This document shows positions 39,462 to 50,963 of a DNA stretch of 64,000 nucleotides, one piece after another. Numbering within the stretch: position 1 is the first letter of the stretch; each line of letters begins with the position of its first letter. Both the position numbers and the translations under genes were made by a program. Source of the stretch: Octopus sinensis (Eukaryota); contig NC_043014.1 in assembly GCF_006345805.1 (NCBI RefSeq), positions 45,756,001 to 45,820,000 of the forward strand, written 5' to 3'. The notes under the pieces were generated by a model. That model did no database searches and was not told the origin of the DNA. It was given only the letters and a program-made list of their open reading frames with translations.

Positions 39462-39648
39462 CGATCTATCAGTCGTCATGATAGATCGTTAGCCACTACA
39501 CACATTTTTTTCTCTCCTTGTTTTTTCTGTGTCCCTTTCTGTAGAAGAGCGTAGGCTCGAAACGTAAAAGACTTTTTCTATTCCTGAGCGTTATACTAAT
39601 ACATCTGTTTGTTTTGTACACCACCTGTCTTCGTCTTTTGTTTTTTTG
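39459..39648 (+). mobile_element. Probable Penelope-like terminal fragment with minimal hammerhead motif and fold-back 5' end
   Basis: 13-bp hairpin TAACGATCTATCA/TGATAGATCGTTA directly after (TA)n; CTTT-CTGTAGA-A-GAGC-gtag-GCTC-GAAAC-GTA-AAAG at 39535-39570. Confidence 0.6.
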
Positions 39649-39822
39649 ACAACCGATGCTGGTGTGTTTATGTCCCCGTCACTTAGCGGTTCGGCAAAAC
39701 AGACCGATAGAATAAGTACTGGGCTTACAAAGAATAAGTCCCGGGGGTCGATTTGCTCGACTAAAGGCGATGCCCCAGCATGGCCGCAGACAAATGACTG
39801 AAACAAGTAAAAGAGTAAAGAG
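39648..39822 (+). mobile_element. SINE family A, right module only
   Basis: GACAACCGATGCTGGTG...GAAACAAGTAAAAGAGTAAAG. Confidence 0.85.
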
Positions 39823-40262
39823 AGTGTGTGAATAACGTATGCTGAAACACCACCCCCCACACACACACACACCCAACACAAATATAAGAATAAAAACAGC
39901 TATTTTAAAATTTTTAATGTTCTTGGCACAAAACTGTTCCAGATTTAATTTTGCTTTCTTTCGCCACTTTTAAGAAGTTTCGTTTTTCTTTTCAATATAT
40001 TTTTATTCATATTATATTCCTGCATCCAGATTATGATTCGTGTTTTTCTCCTTCCTTCTTCCTCCTCCTCCTTCTCTAGTCACAGTTACACACATTTCAC
40101 CGTAACCCTGCACCAGCACCAAACCCCCCACCCCGCCACACACACTAAATATTCTTGATTCTGACTGAGCACTAGGTCGAAGTTACAATTATTCCATTGT
40201 CTAGTTCTTTTTCTTTTTTTTTGTTCTGCATTTTTTCTTCAAGAAAACACACCAGCCCAGAG

Positions 40263-40294
<32 letters not shown>

Positions 40295-40296
<2 letters not shown>

Positions 40297-40652
40297 TCTA
40301 CTCTTTTACTTGTTTCAGTCATTTGACTGCGGCCATGCTGGAGCACCGCCTTTAATCGCGCAACTCAACCCCGGGACTTATTCTTTTGTAAGCCCAGTAC
40401 TTATTCTATCGGTCTCTTTTGCCGAACCGCTAAGTAACGGGGACGTCAACACACCAGCATTAGTTGTCAAGCGATGTTGGAGGGACAAACACAGACACAC
40501 ACACACATATATATATATATAGTTTCTGTCCACCAAATCCTCTCACAAAGCTCTGACCAGCCTGAGGCTAAGACACTTGTCCGAAGTGCCACAAAGTGGG
40601 ACTGAACCCAGAACCATGTGGTTGAAAAGCAAGCTTAATTACCACACAGCCA
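40295..40652 (-). mobile_element. SINE family A
   Basis: Tail-to-head match to other copies. Confidence 0.85.
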
Positions 40653-41351
40653 AGTAGATGATATATTTTCATATACATTATCTAGTGTTAATGCTTAAGT
40701 TTTATAGACCAAGGGTGATTGAATTTAAGAGTGGGACTGAACCATATTTTCATAGTGTTAATGCTTAAGTTTTATAGATCAAGGGTGATTGAATTTAAGA
40801 GACACCCATCTTCCTTCTTGGAAGAATTATCATCATAATGAAGGCCCAAATTAGAACAAGAAGCTAAAACAACAAGCTCACAAGTCTATTCATTAGAAGC
40901 TAACCTCTTCTAGAACAGTTTACATTATTAATATATGCATATTCCCACACTTGAGTACAATACACAGACATTTGCACACATGACCTTTCACAGACAGACA
41001 ATAGATCACAAAGTTATATCCAGAAATGAACACAAGGCCATACGCATACATTTTTAGCAAAAGTTTTCAGCCACCAAAACTGTGGAGGTAAAAAAGGGGA
41101 AATACTTGCTGAACCAGACCGTACAGGTCGGTGGGGATTTGTAAAGCTATTTTCCCAGCTGAAACAGCAAAAGTAGCCTTAACTAATAATAATTAGGATA
41201 ATGATATTAATGATTTCTTCTATTTGTTACTACGGCAACAGATCAAGGGAACAACAACAACAACAATATCAATAATGTTTTCAAATTTTGGTACAAGGCC
41301 AGCAATTTCAGGGGTGTGGAGTTAATCAATTACATCGACCCCAGTGCATAA

Positions 41352-41384
41352 CAGGCGGCCCGGGTTTGATTCCTGGCATGGGAA
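41352..41384 (+). pseudogene. 3' half of a tRNA-Glu-like sequence (not a complete tRNA gene)
   Basis: CAGGCGGCCCGGGTTTGATTCCTGGCATGGGAA closely resembles the 3' half of metazoan tRNA-Glu(TTC) (CAGGCGGCCCGGGTTCGACTCCCGGTATGGGAA, from recall); 5' half absent. Confidence 0.65.
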
Positions 41385-41420
41385 CGGCATTACTGTTTAT
41401 GGAAATTGTAGTTGTGATAC

Positions 41421-41877
41421 CTGTGCCGGTGGCACGTAAAAAGCACCATTCAAACATGGCCGATGCCAGCGTCGCCTTGACTGACTTCTGTGCCGGTGGC
41501 ATGTAAAAAGCACCAACCAATCGTGGCTGCTGCCAGCCTCCCCTGGCACCTGTGCCAGTGGCACGTAAAAAGCACCATCTGTACATGGCCGATGCCAGCA
41601 TTGCCTTGACTGACTTCTGTGCCGGTGGCATGTAAAAAGCACCAACCGATTATGGCCGCTGCCAGCCTCCCCCTGGCACCTGTGCTGGTGGCACGTAAAA
41701 AGCACCCACTACGCTCGCGGAGTGGTTGGCGTTAGGAAGGGCATCCAGCTGTAGAAACACTGCCAGATCAGACTGGAGCCTGGTGCAGCCCCCTGGCTTC
41801 CCAGACCCCGGTCAAACCGTCCAACCCGTGCTAGCATGGAAAACGGACGTTAAACGATGATGATGATGATGATGATG
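41421..41877 (+). mobile_element. SINE family C, longest copy, with five tandem 27-bp modules and (GAT)n tail
   Basis: CTGTGCCGGTGGCACGTAAAAAGCACC at 41421, 41488, 41550, 41617 and 41680, then GGCGTTAGGAAGGGCATCCAGCTGTAGAAAC...GGACGTTAAAC(GAT)n. Confidence 0.9.
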
Positions 41878-42178
41878 TTGCTGAAGAAACAAGTTTTGAT
41901 CAAAGCCAGAACAACTACCAAATTGAATTATGCAAAATACGGTGGAGGGTGGAAGGGGTGTAAAAACATGAACCCAAATATCAAATAAGCTGAGGTTTTA
42001 TACAATAATCTTTCCAGCTGAAACAACAGAAAAGCGTCTCCTAAGCCGAATAAAGAACTCAGTAGCTTTATATTTATTTGTTATTTGTAACTTTATATTT
42101 ATTTATTAATTGTAGTTTTATATTTATGTATTATTTGCAGCTTTATAATTACATATTTTATTAAAATTTGAACATTGC

Positions 42179-42683
42179 AGAGTAGCTGTGTGCTAAGTAG
42201 CTTGTTTACCAACCACATGGTTCGGGGTTCAGTTCCACTGCGTGGCATCTTGGGCAAGTGTCTTCTGCTATAGCCTCGGGCCGACCAATGCCTTGTTTCA
42301 GTCATTTGACTGTGGCCATGCTGGAGCACCGTCTTTAGTTGAGCAAATTGACTCCAGGACTTATTCTTTGTAAGCCTAGTACTTATTCTATCGGTCTCTT
42401 TTGCCAAACCGCTAAGTTACGGGGATGTAAACATGCCAGCATCGGTTGTCAAGCGGTGTTGGAGGGAAAAACACAGACATACAAACACACACACACACAC
42501 ATATATATATACATATATACGATGGGCTTCTTTCAGTTTCCGTCTACCAAATCCACTCTCAAGGCTTTGGTTGGCCCGAGGCTAAAGTAGAAGACACTTC
42601 CCCAAGGTGCCATGCAGTGGGACTGAACCCAGAACTATGTGGTTGGTAAGCAAGCTACTTACCACACAGCCACTCCTACGCCT
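42179..42683. mobile_element. SINE A head (+, 42179-42293) fused to a full SINE A (-, 42293-42683)
   Basis: Orientation switches at ...CCAATGCCTTG|TTTCAGTCATTTGAC. Confidence 0.85.
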
Positions 42684-42809
42684 ACGGTATATGAATGAAC
42701 AAAAGACACTATGCAGGTAATTGCTTGACATGCTAAAGATAACAGCCAAATCACATCCTACTGCCTTGAATAAACAGAGAGCACATGTTGGGGGGGAACT
42801 CCAAAAGGA

Positions 42810-43117
42810 ATTTCAGGGAGTAGTATCCCTACTTTCTTGAGCTAGTTTTCCACCACATTTCTTAAAAATCATGGTAGAGGCCTTGGTCTTGGGACCACTC
42901 ATGTCTAGAAGCTAAGGCTGGGGGTAAGTAAGGGTATGCTCTCTGTAGAAAATCCAACTCCAGAAAAGCCTCATGATAGCAAAGGAGAATGGACCCCAGC
43001 CAATCCAAAGTTTGGGGTGGGCTACACCTGCCTACCTCAGCTGCTATTGCATTGAGGTAGATCAGGCCACCCCTGTAAACGGGGACAAAACCTGGATTTA
43101 AAACACTGGATGATGAT
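42810..43117 (+). mobile_element. Possible RTE-related non-autonomous retroposon
   Basis: GGTAAGTAAGGGTATGCTCTCTGTAGAAA resembles the family C AGGAAGGGCATCCAGCTGTAGAAA motif; ends GGATGATGAT; single copy here. Confidence 0.35.
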
Positions 43118-43476
43118 TGGAATAATGTACTTTGCTAAAAAGAAAAAATTTTTTTTTTAATTAAAAAAACCCCTTCCCCGAAAATGATTGCTCATGGCAT
43201 GAATATCTTTGATCCCAGGTCTGCTTAAGAGATGACCAGTGTTAAATAACAACAACAACAACAACAACATTGAAACAAGTGTGTGAACTTTAAATGATGC
43301 CCACCTGTTGCAATAATAGAAGGCATGAATTACTCTAACCTGCTTTAATTACAACAGGTATGTATAGTTAAAGGGTGCAGGTGGTGGGGTGGTTATTGTT
43401 GTAAAACATGTTTCACAGCTGTAAAAAAAACAGGATGGCATTTTACAGGAACAATGAATTCGGGGCACACCTGTAA

Positions 43477-44232
43477 CCCTTTCAGCATTCCGATTACCCT
43501 GCCAAATGTAATGCTCATTTATTCAAATTGTCTTGAATTAATAATGCATCATCTCGTGCCGTGAAGATTTCGATGCTGTGATTGTTGAGTTTTAGAATGA
43601 CATTGTGAGGCAGGTATGACAGGCCAGATCTAGCTGGTTTAAACATAAAATGAGTAGAACATATTTGGGTTTGCTATGGCTGGTTTTAAGCCTTTAGTGT
43701 TCAGGTTACTCTGTCAAATGTAATGCTTAATTATTCACATTAATTATAATTAATCATACATTATCTTGCAATGTCAACGATGTGATTTATTTTGTTTACT
43801 CCTTTCAGTCATTTGTGGCCATGTTGGAGCATCGCCTTTAGTCGAACAAATCGACCTCAGGACTTATTCTCTGTAAGCTAGTACTTGCTCTATCAGTCTC
43901 TTTTTGCCGAACCACTATGTTACGTAGACGTAAACACCAACATCGGTTGTCAAGCGATGGTAAAGGACAAACACAGACACACACACACATCGGCTTCTTT
44001 CAGTTTTCAAAGTCTACCAAATCCACTCACAAGGCTTTGGTCAACCTGAGGCTATAGTAGAAGACGCTTACCCAAGGTGCCATGCAGTGGGACTGAACCT
44101 GGAGCCATGACGTTGGTAAGCAAGCTACTTCTCACAGCCTATTTTTAGAATGACATTGTGAGATAGGCGTGAGAAGCCAGATCTGATTAGTTTAAATATA
44201 AAACAGGTAGAAAATATTTGGGTCTGATATGG
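43477..44232 (-). mobile_element. Two tandem piggyBac-like MITE family 1 copies; the second is interrupted by SINE A (43795-44140, minus)
   Basis: CCCTTTCAGCATTC... then CCTTTAGTGTTCAG...; MITE sequence resumes TTTAGAATGACATTGTG at ~44143. Confidence 0.7.
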
Positions 44233-44498
44233 ACTGACTCCTGTGCAGGTGGCACGTAAAAACACCATTTTGAGCGCAGCCGTTGCCAGTACCGCCAGAC
44301 TGGCCCTCGTGCCAGTGGCACGTAAAAGCACCCACTACACTCTCGGAGTGGTTGGCGTTAGGAAGGGCATCCAGCTGTAGAAACTCTGTGAGATCAGATT
44401 GGAGCCTGGTGCAGCCATCTGGCTCGCCAGTCCTCAATCAAATCGTCCAACCCATGCTAGCATGGAAAGCGGACATTAAACAACGACGATGATGATGA
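44232..44498 (+). mobile_element. SINE family C with two modules
   Basis: CTGTGCAGGTGGCACGTAAAAACACC and CGTGCCAGTGGCACGTAAAAGCACC, then the standard tail. Confidence 0.88.
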
Positions 44499-44966
44499 TA
44501 TATATATAACAAGTAATAGGTAAAATGTAAAAAATTCACAAAAATACACAACTCAGCCTAATATACATACATCAGCAAGTATGCCTATATATCTAACTGT
44601 ATATCTATTTAACTATACACAAACACACACATATGTATACATATACACACTTTAAATTCTCTCTCTCTCTCTCTCCAAGGCCAACATGGAAGACACATAT
44701 CAAATAAGCAGTAAAAAAAAAAAGCGAAAATATATAGTGAAATAAATTATTTTTGTATTTTCTTTTATTAATTTATATCTAAATATCTGAAATAACTGAG
44801 ATAAAATGTTGAATATCATTGATCTCCCTAGGGCTAGTGAAGATTGGTTTAAAATGAAGCCCCTTAAAAATTTCTCGTCTTTTTTTGAAATTTATTAATG
44901 TTTTGCTATAAAATATCCTAGATCATCAGAAATATGAACAAATTTTAAGAAGAGAAGACTGAATTG

Positions 44967-45012
<46 letters not shown>

Positions 45013-45017
45013 GTATG

Positions 45018-45049
<32 letters not shown>

Positions 45050-45596
45050 ATTTTTATACACACACATACATACACGTGTGTGTATGTTTGTATGTGTGAG
45101 TGTGTATATTTTGTATGCCAAATGTCAGGAGAATTGGCATGTCTATACACAAATAAGCACGCACACACACACACTGATGGATGTACACACACACACACAC
45201 ACACACACACAAATTCTCCATTTAAGTTGTTCACACCCTCTATATAATATAAATTGAAATGTGAAACTCGGAGTAGTGACAGATTAAGCCTCAGCTTCAA
45301 ATGTTTAATAAAATTCCGTTTATATTCTGTTGAATACTTTCTTCCCTTATTTTGGAAACACACACGCACACACATACATACATACACACACATGAGTTGG
45401 ACAAAGAAAAGGGTCGGTGGAGGGAGATCCGAAATACAGATTTGCAAAGTTCGTTTATTTGTTGAACGCTAATGACTCACTGCACCAATACTCAGGAGTT
45501 CCTTCGCAACGCAGGATCCGATTTTTCTTACCTGAAGGATCAGGTGTAACAAGAAACTGCGTAGCAACCAATAAGGTGAATCATCAACAACAAACG

Positions 45597-45632
<36 letters not shown>

Positions 45633-46304
45633 CAAACACACACACAAACACACGCATCTGCAATCCACATGTATGTTTAATTTGTTGCAGATGTGTCAGC
45701 TCCGGTTTTTTTAGAAATGAAATAGGATTTAATTGCTCTAAGATAGAAAAATCTCAGCGGAGAAATGAATGCATATTTAACCAATTCTGTTTAAAGATGT
45801 TATCACCAAAAAGATAATATGAAAAAATACAAATGACCCCACCCAAAATTTTCAAAAAAATCTGCTCATGACACATCAAATTACAGCCATGAGGGCTAAA
45901 GCAAAATTACAAAGTAACACACATACATGCATGTTGTGGAAGGGATTCTTTTACAAGGATTGGTTGCAGTATTGAGCATGTGTCAAAGAACAATAATAAC
46001 CCTAAAGGCCCATAAGCAGATCACCCCAAAAGGCAGCGCTTGTATCATCACTGCTTGCGTTTTGTATATATTGGGATTATTTTAACGAGTGATGGCTGCA
46101 TTTGACACAAAGGACGTCACACAGTTATCAGAGAAGAGATGGCAGAGATGGGTTTGGGTGAGGGGGGGGGGGTAATTAGAAAAGGAGGGGAGGTAATTAG
46201 AATGAGATAGAAGAGAGCCAAAGTATGGCTATTGGGTTAGCTTTGAGATTGTACAATAACAGGAAGCATCTGGAGAGAGAGAGCATCTATGTGATTAGGT
46301 GACT

Positions 46305-46945
46305 TACTCTTTACTCTTTTATTTGTTTCAGTCATTTGACTGTGGCCATGCTGGAGCACCGCTTTTTAGTCGAGCAAATCGACCCCAGGACTTATTCTTT
46401 GTAAGCCTAGTACTTATTCTATCGGTCTCTTTTGCCGAACCGCTAAGTTACGGGGACGTAAACACACCAGCATCGGTTGTCAAGCGATGTTGGGGGGACA
46501 AACACAGACACACAAACATATACACACACAGACATATATATATATATATATAATATATATATATATATATACAACGGACTTCTTTCAGTTTCCGCCTACC
46601 AAATCCACTCACAAGGCTTTGGTCGGCTCGAGGCTATAGTAGAAGACACTTGCCGAAGGTGCCACGCGGTGGGTCTGAACCCGAAACCATGTGGTTCGTA
46701 AACAAGCTACTTTACCACACAGCCACTCCTCCGCCTATATATATATATATATATTATATATATATATATACACACACATATATGACAGGCTTCTTTCAGT
46801 TTCCGTCTACCAAATCCACTCACAAGGTTTTGGTCGGCCCGAGGCTATAGCAGAAGACACTTGCCCAAAGTGCCACGCAGTGGGACTGAACCCGGAACCA
46901 TGTGGTTCGTAAGCAAGCTACGTACCACACAGCCACTCCTATGCC
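46305..46945 (-). mobile_element. SINE family A: complete copy (46305-46735) plus an extra left module (46783-46945)
   Basis: Two heads separated by a (TA)n tract, one tail. Confidence 0.88.
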
Positions 46946-47220
46946 TACTTGTTAAAAGTAACAACCAAATTCCTTCTAAAACACACCCTAACAGTTTTTA
47001 AAAAGGAACTGACACTGGGGGTAATGCAGACCCAGAGCATACTGTGGCTAAATAAAATATAGATGAGCTAAGTTAGGCTTTTTGATCCATAGGTCAGCTG
47101 GATCAAAGGTGATCGGGAGTAAACCAACAACTTGCAGGAAACATCAACCAAACCTGAATATTAGTGGAGCGGGCTCCTCTTCTAAAGCAGTACCCAAGGA
47201 GTAGGTTGGTGGGTGTTTAA

Positions 47221-47442
47221 CCCTTTAGCATTTAAACCGGCCATATCTGGCCAAAAATATTCTACCTGTTTTATGTTCAAACTAGCCCTATCTGGTCTCT
47301 CACACCAACCCTACAATATCAGTTTAAAAAATTAACAGCTACCTCATCAAAATCTCATAGCTACAAGATGATGCATGATTAGTTCAAAACAAGGTGGAAG
47401 AAAAAGCATTAATTTTGGTAGAATAATGTAAACACTAAAGGG
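47221..47442 (+). mobile_element. piggyBac-like MITE family 1, intact
   Basis: TTAA|CCCTTTAG ... CTAAAGGG|TTAA. Confidence 0.9.
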
Positions 47443-47940
47443 TTAAACAGGGTGATAAAAGTAAGTCAATCACCAAAGTATACAAAAGTAGAATTAGAAC
47501 CCAGAATGAAAAGAGCTGGTGTTACAAATGCCATAAAGCCCTCACTGTGGTGCTCTAATGATTTTATTTGATTGACCCCCAGAAGTGTGAAAGGCAAAGT
47601 TAACCTCAGTTTAGATGTTTCGTGTCTGTGACTAATGGTGGAGAAAGAGAGAGAGAGTATGAAAGTCGTTTAACTAATCTCATTGGCTTAGTCTACCTAA
47701 GTGTAAAAATAAAAAAAAAGTGCGCATGTAAGAGTTTGCATTAGTGTATAAGATTAATTCCCTGAATAATTAATCCATCAGTACATTGTTAACTTACACT
47801 GCAAGAGTTAAAATCCACTCAAGTGTAAAACTAACAAACCAGCAAGTGATCCTATTTGTAGCTGTTGCCTGGCTTACTAGAAATAGTAGTCAAACCTCTC
47901 CTCAAGCCTCAAAGTCAATTTGGTACAAAAAAAAAAAAAA

Positions 47941-48016
<76 letters not shown>

Positions 48017-48401
48017 AAAATAAAAACTAAAAGACTCAGTAATGTAGTCCTGGATGTACTATACCAGGAAACAAGATTTGGATGGCTATGTCATGGTTGA
48101 AGAGGCTTTGGTCACATGTCTTGCTCTAGCCAGCCTCACCTGGAGTTAAACAACAGCAACTAAAGCACTGAATGAATAATTCATCAGAGCATTATCCATG
48201 GAGTAAAAAAAAAACTATTCATGTGTCTCACTAACAATGGACTGACATTTTCTTCACCTGCCAAATGCTAATCAAACCATGACAAGCTCATGCACCATTA
48301 GTGTGGGTGGTGATGGAGGAGGCGCTGCTGTTGTCTTCATTCATGCTTATTTCCATGACAGTATTCATAAGACTTCATATGGTATGCAGCAGAGATATTT
48401 A

Positions 48402-48840
48402 TCTTTTACTTGTTTCAGTTGTTAGACTGTGGCCATGCTGGGGCATCACCTTGAGGAATTTCAGCCAAATGAATCGACCCCCACCCCAGTACTTTTCTTT
48501 TTTTTTTTTTTAAAGCCCGGTGCTTATTCAGTTGGGCTCTTTTGGAGAACTGCTAAGTTACAGGGACGTAAACAAACCAACACTGGTTGTCAAGGGGTGG
48601 TGGTGGTTGGGACAAACCCACACGCAAAGACACAGATAGGTATGTGTATATGTACACACACACACACCACACACATACGATGGGCTTCTTTCAGTTTCTG
48701 TCTACCAATCCCACTCACAGGTCTTTGGTTGGCCCGAGGCTAAAGTAGAATACATTTGCCCAAGGTGTCCAGCAGTGGGACTGAACCCAGAACCATGTTG
48801 TTGGTAAGCAAGATTCTTACCATACTGCTACATCTGCCCC
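48402..48840 (-). mobile_element. SINE family A, older subfamily
   Basis: Diverged tail-to-head match. Confidence 0.8.
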
Positions 48841-48917
48841 TATATGTGTACATACATAGATACACACACCACACACACACACACACACACACGCACACAC
48901 AATATAATATATATATA

Positions 48918-49223
48918 TAATTAGAAAGAACCACCTTTTATAAATTCAAAATGAACAATTAAATTACACCATCTAGAAAATTGCATAGAATAGAAATATT
49001 AAAATTAAAATAACAATAAAATACCAATGATTAAGTAAATTGCAAAAAAATAATAAAATATATTCTACTAATTCTATATGTTTTTATTTATTAATTTGCA
49101 ATTTACTTAATCATTGGTATTTTATTGTTATTTTAATTTTAATATTTCTATTCTATGTAACTTTCTAGATGGTGTAATTTAATTGTTCATTTTGAATAGA
49201 TAAAAGGTGGTTCTTTCTAATTA
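48918..49223. repeat. Near-perfect ~306-bp AT-rich palindrome within (TA)n
   Basis: TAATTAGAAAGAACCACCTTTTAT...ATGATTAAGTAAATTGCAAA / TTTGCAATTTACTTAATCAT...ATAAAAGGTGGTTCTTTCTAATTA. Confidence 0.95.
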
Positions 49224-50963
49224 TATATATATATAAGGCCAAAGAGGGTACGGGCGCCGCTATATATATTATATGTAGAAAAATACAAACTGGGACAAGA
49301 ACGTAAAACATTTAGAAGACGATACAAAAAACACGGATGGGACATTCGAAGCCTTCAATCTTCAGTCAAGAACCAGAGCATCCTCACAATTTCGGCTATA
49401 TATATATATATATATATATCTGTACGTTTGTATGTATGTATGTATATTTGTAAATCTTCATTCTTATCTAAGTCCGGCTTGTTTCAGAGAAATTTATCAA
49501 ATACTAGTGTCATATGAGAGAGAAGGGGAAGGGAAACTGACCTTATTTATTCCTTCAATCTGTCTACCGAGTGGAAGAGGTTTCTATTTCTTTTGGAATG
49601 TCTACTTTTAACACTGAAGAACTAACGCACGCATGCACATTCCCAAGACCTACCCACCCACCCTGTAGTAAATTACATGACATAGTTTATTGACAACAGA
49701 TCTCCATCAAGACCACACCTCAGTGTCAGAAAGCTTCTGTCACCAAGAACAAATCAACATCACAACCACCACCGTCGCCACTTCCATCACGAACCCCCCC
49801 CCCAATCTGGAGGATACAGAACAAGAGGGGGGGGAGAGAAGATAGTGAAGGAAAAGAGAAGAGTTATGAAAAAGCTTTTATTATTGCTATTAGATATTTT
49901 TAAAAAATTTTTTTTACTTTATCTAGTTTCAGCTCACGAGCTGTGGCCATGCTGGGGCGCCGCTGGCTGATAATTGATATTATTATTATTGACATTATTT
50001 ATGGTTAGCCCTGAGTTAGCCTTACCCTGAATGGACCTAAGATTAGAAACAATCAAGCCATGACTATCACCATCCAGTGAATTTTTTTGTCTCTCTTTTT
50101 GTTTTCAGGAAGAGTATACCCTGGATTACATTATCCAATGTGCCTCTTTCTTTTAATAAAGGAAACAAGAAATGGCAAAGCATGGTTTGAGGAAGCTTTG
50201 GCATGTTTGGCTATTTCTAGCAAGTTGAGTAATAATAAAGAGACATCCCACATGTGACCACCACCACCACCACCTCACTGCTGCTTGGTCATAATCTGTC
50301 AAGTTCAGCAGAGCCCACTGTGTTTGCAAGTGTTGGACCAAGTCTCCAGTCTTAACATAACCCACGAATCATTGACTCTTCTTGTCTTTAATCACTGATC
50401 AAAATCACAGATGGTCTGAAAATAAATGTTTTACTTGTTTATTCAGTTATTCATCGATTTATTTGTATCATAGCATAACTACTACTACTTCTTGTTTCTT
50501 TTTAGTCCCAGGTCAGATCTGATTCAACAGAGTTATGATCAAAGGCATTCCAGCTGTGACCATTCCATTTTTTACCCTACATGCAGTAAACCTTAGTATC
50601 ACATGATTCAACATATCCAAATCCTCTATGAACAGTAACCCAAGAGAGATCCAAGCTGCTCCTTTAGCAGATCTTGAGATACTTAACCCTTTCGCGGATC
50701 ATATTTCTAATTAAATACATAGCCCATCTGTTTAATACAATTTTTTAAAATAATCAATAATTTGGATGGATTTTGTAAAATAACCGTCATTATATTAAGC
50801 TGGTGCTTGGAATATAATTTAAATGTTATCCTGCCGAAAGCACACTGGCAGCTTGAAATAAATTCAGTTTGCAATAACACATAATGTATGACTCTTTTCT
50901 TTTTCTCTCTTTTACTTTTTGCTGCTATTTCTTGCAGATCAACTGACTCCCAGAGTAACATCC

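Noticed and set aside
41421-41706. CRISPR-like repeat-spacer array (27-bp repeats, 35-40-bp spacers)
   Set aside because: Spacers are not unique (A-B-A-B and mutually related), there are no cas genes, the context is eukaryotic and the array is part of a dispersed retroposon
41650-41706. Resemblance of GGCCGCTGCCAGCCTCCCCCTGGC to the HDV ribozyme
   Set aside because: No complementary strand for P1 or P2 could be found, so the nested double pseudoknot cannot form
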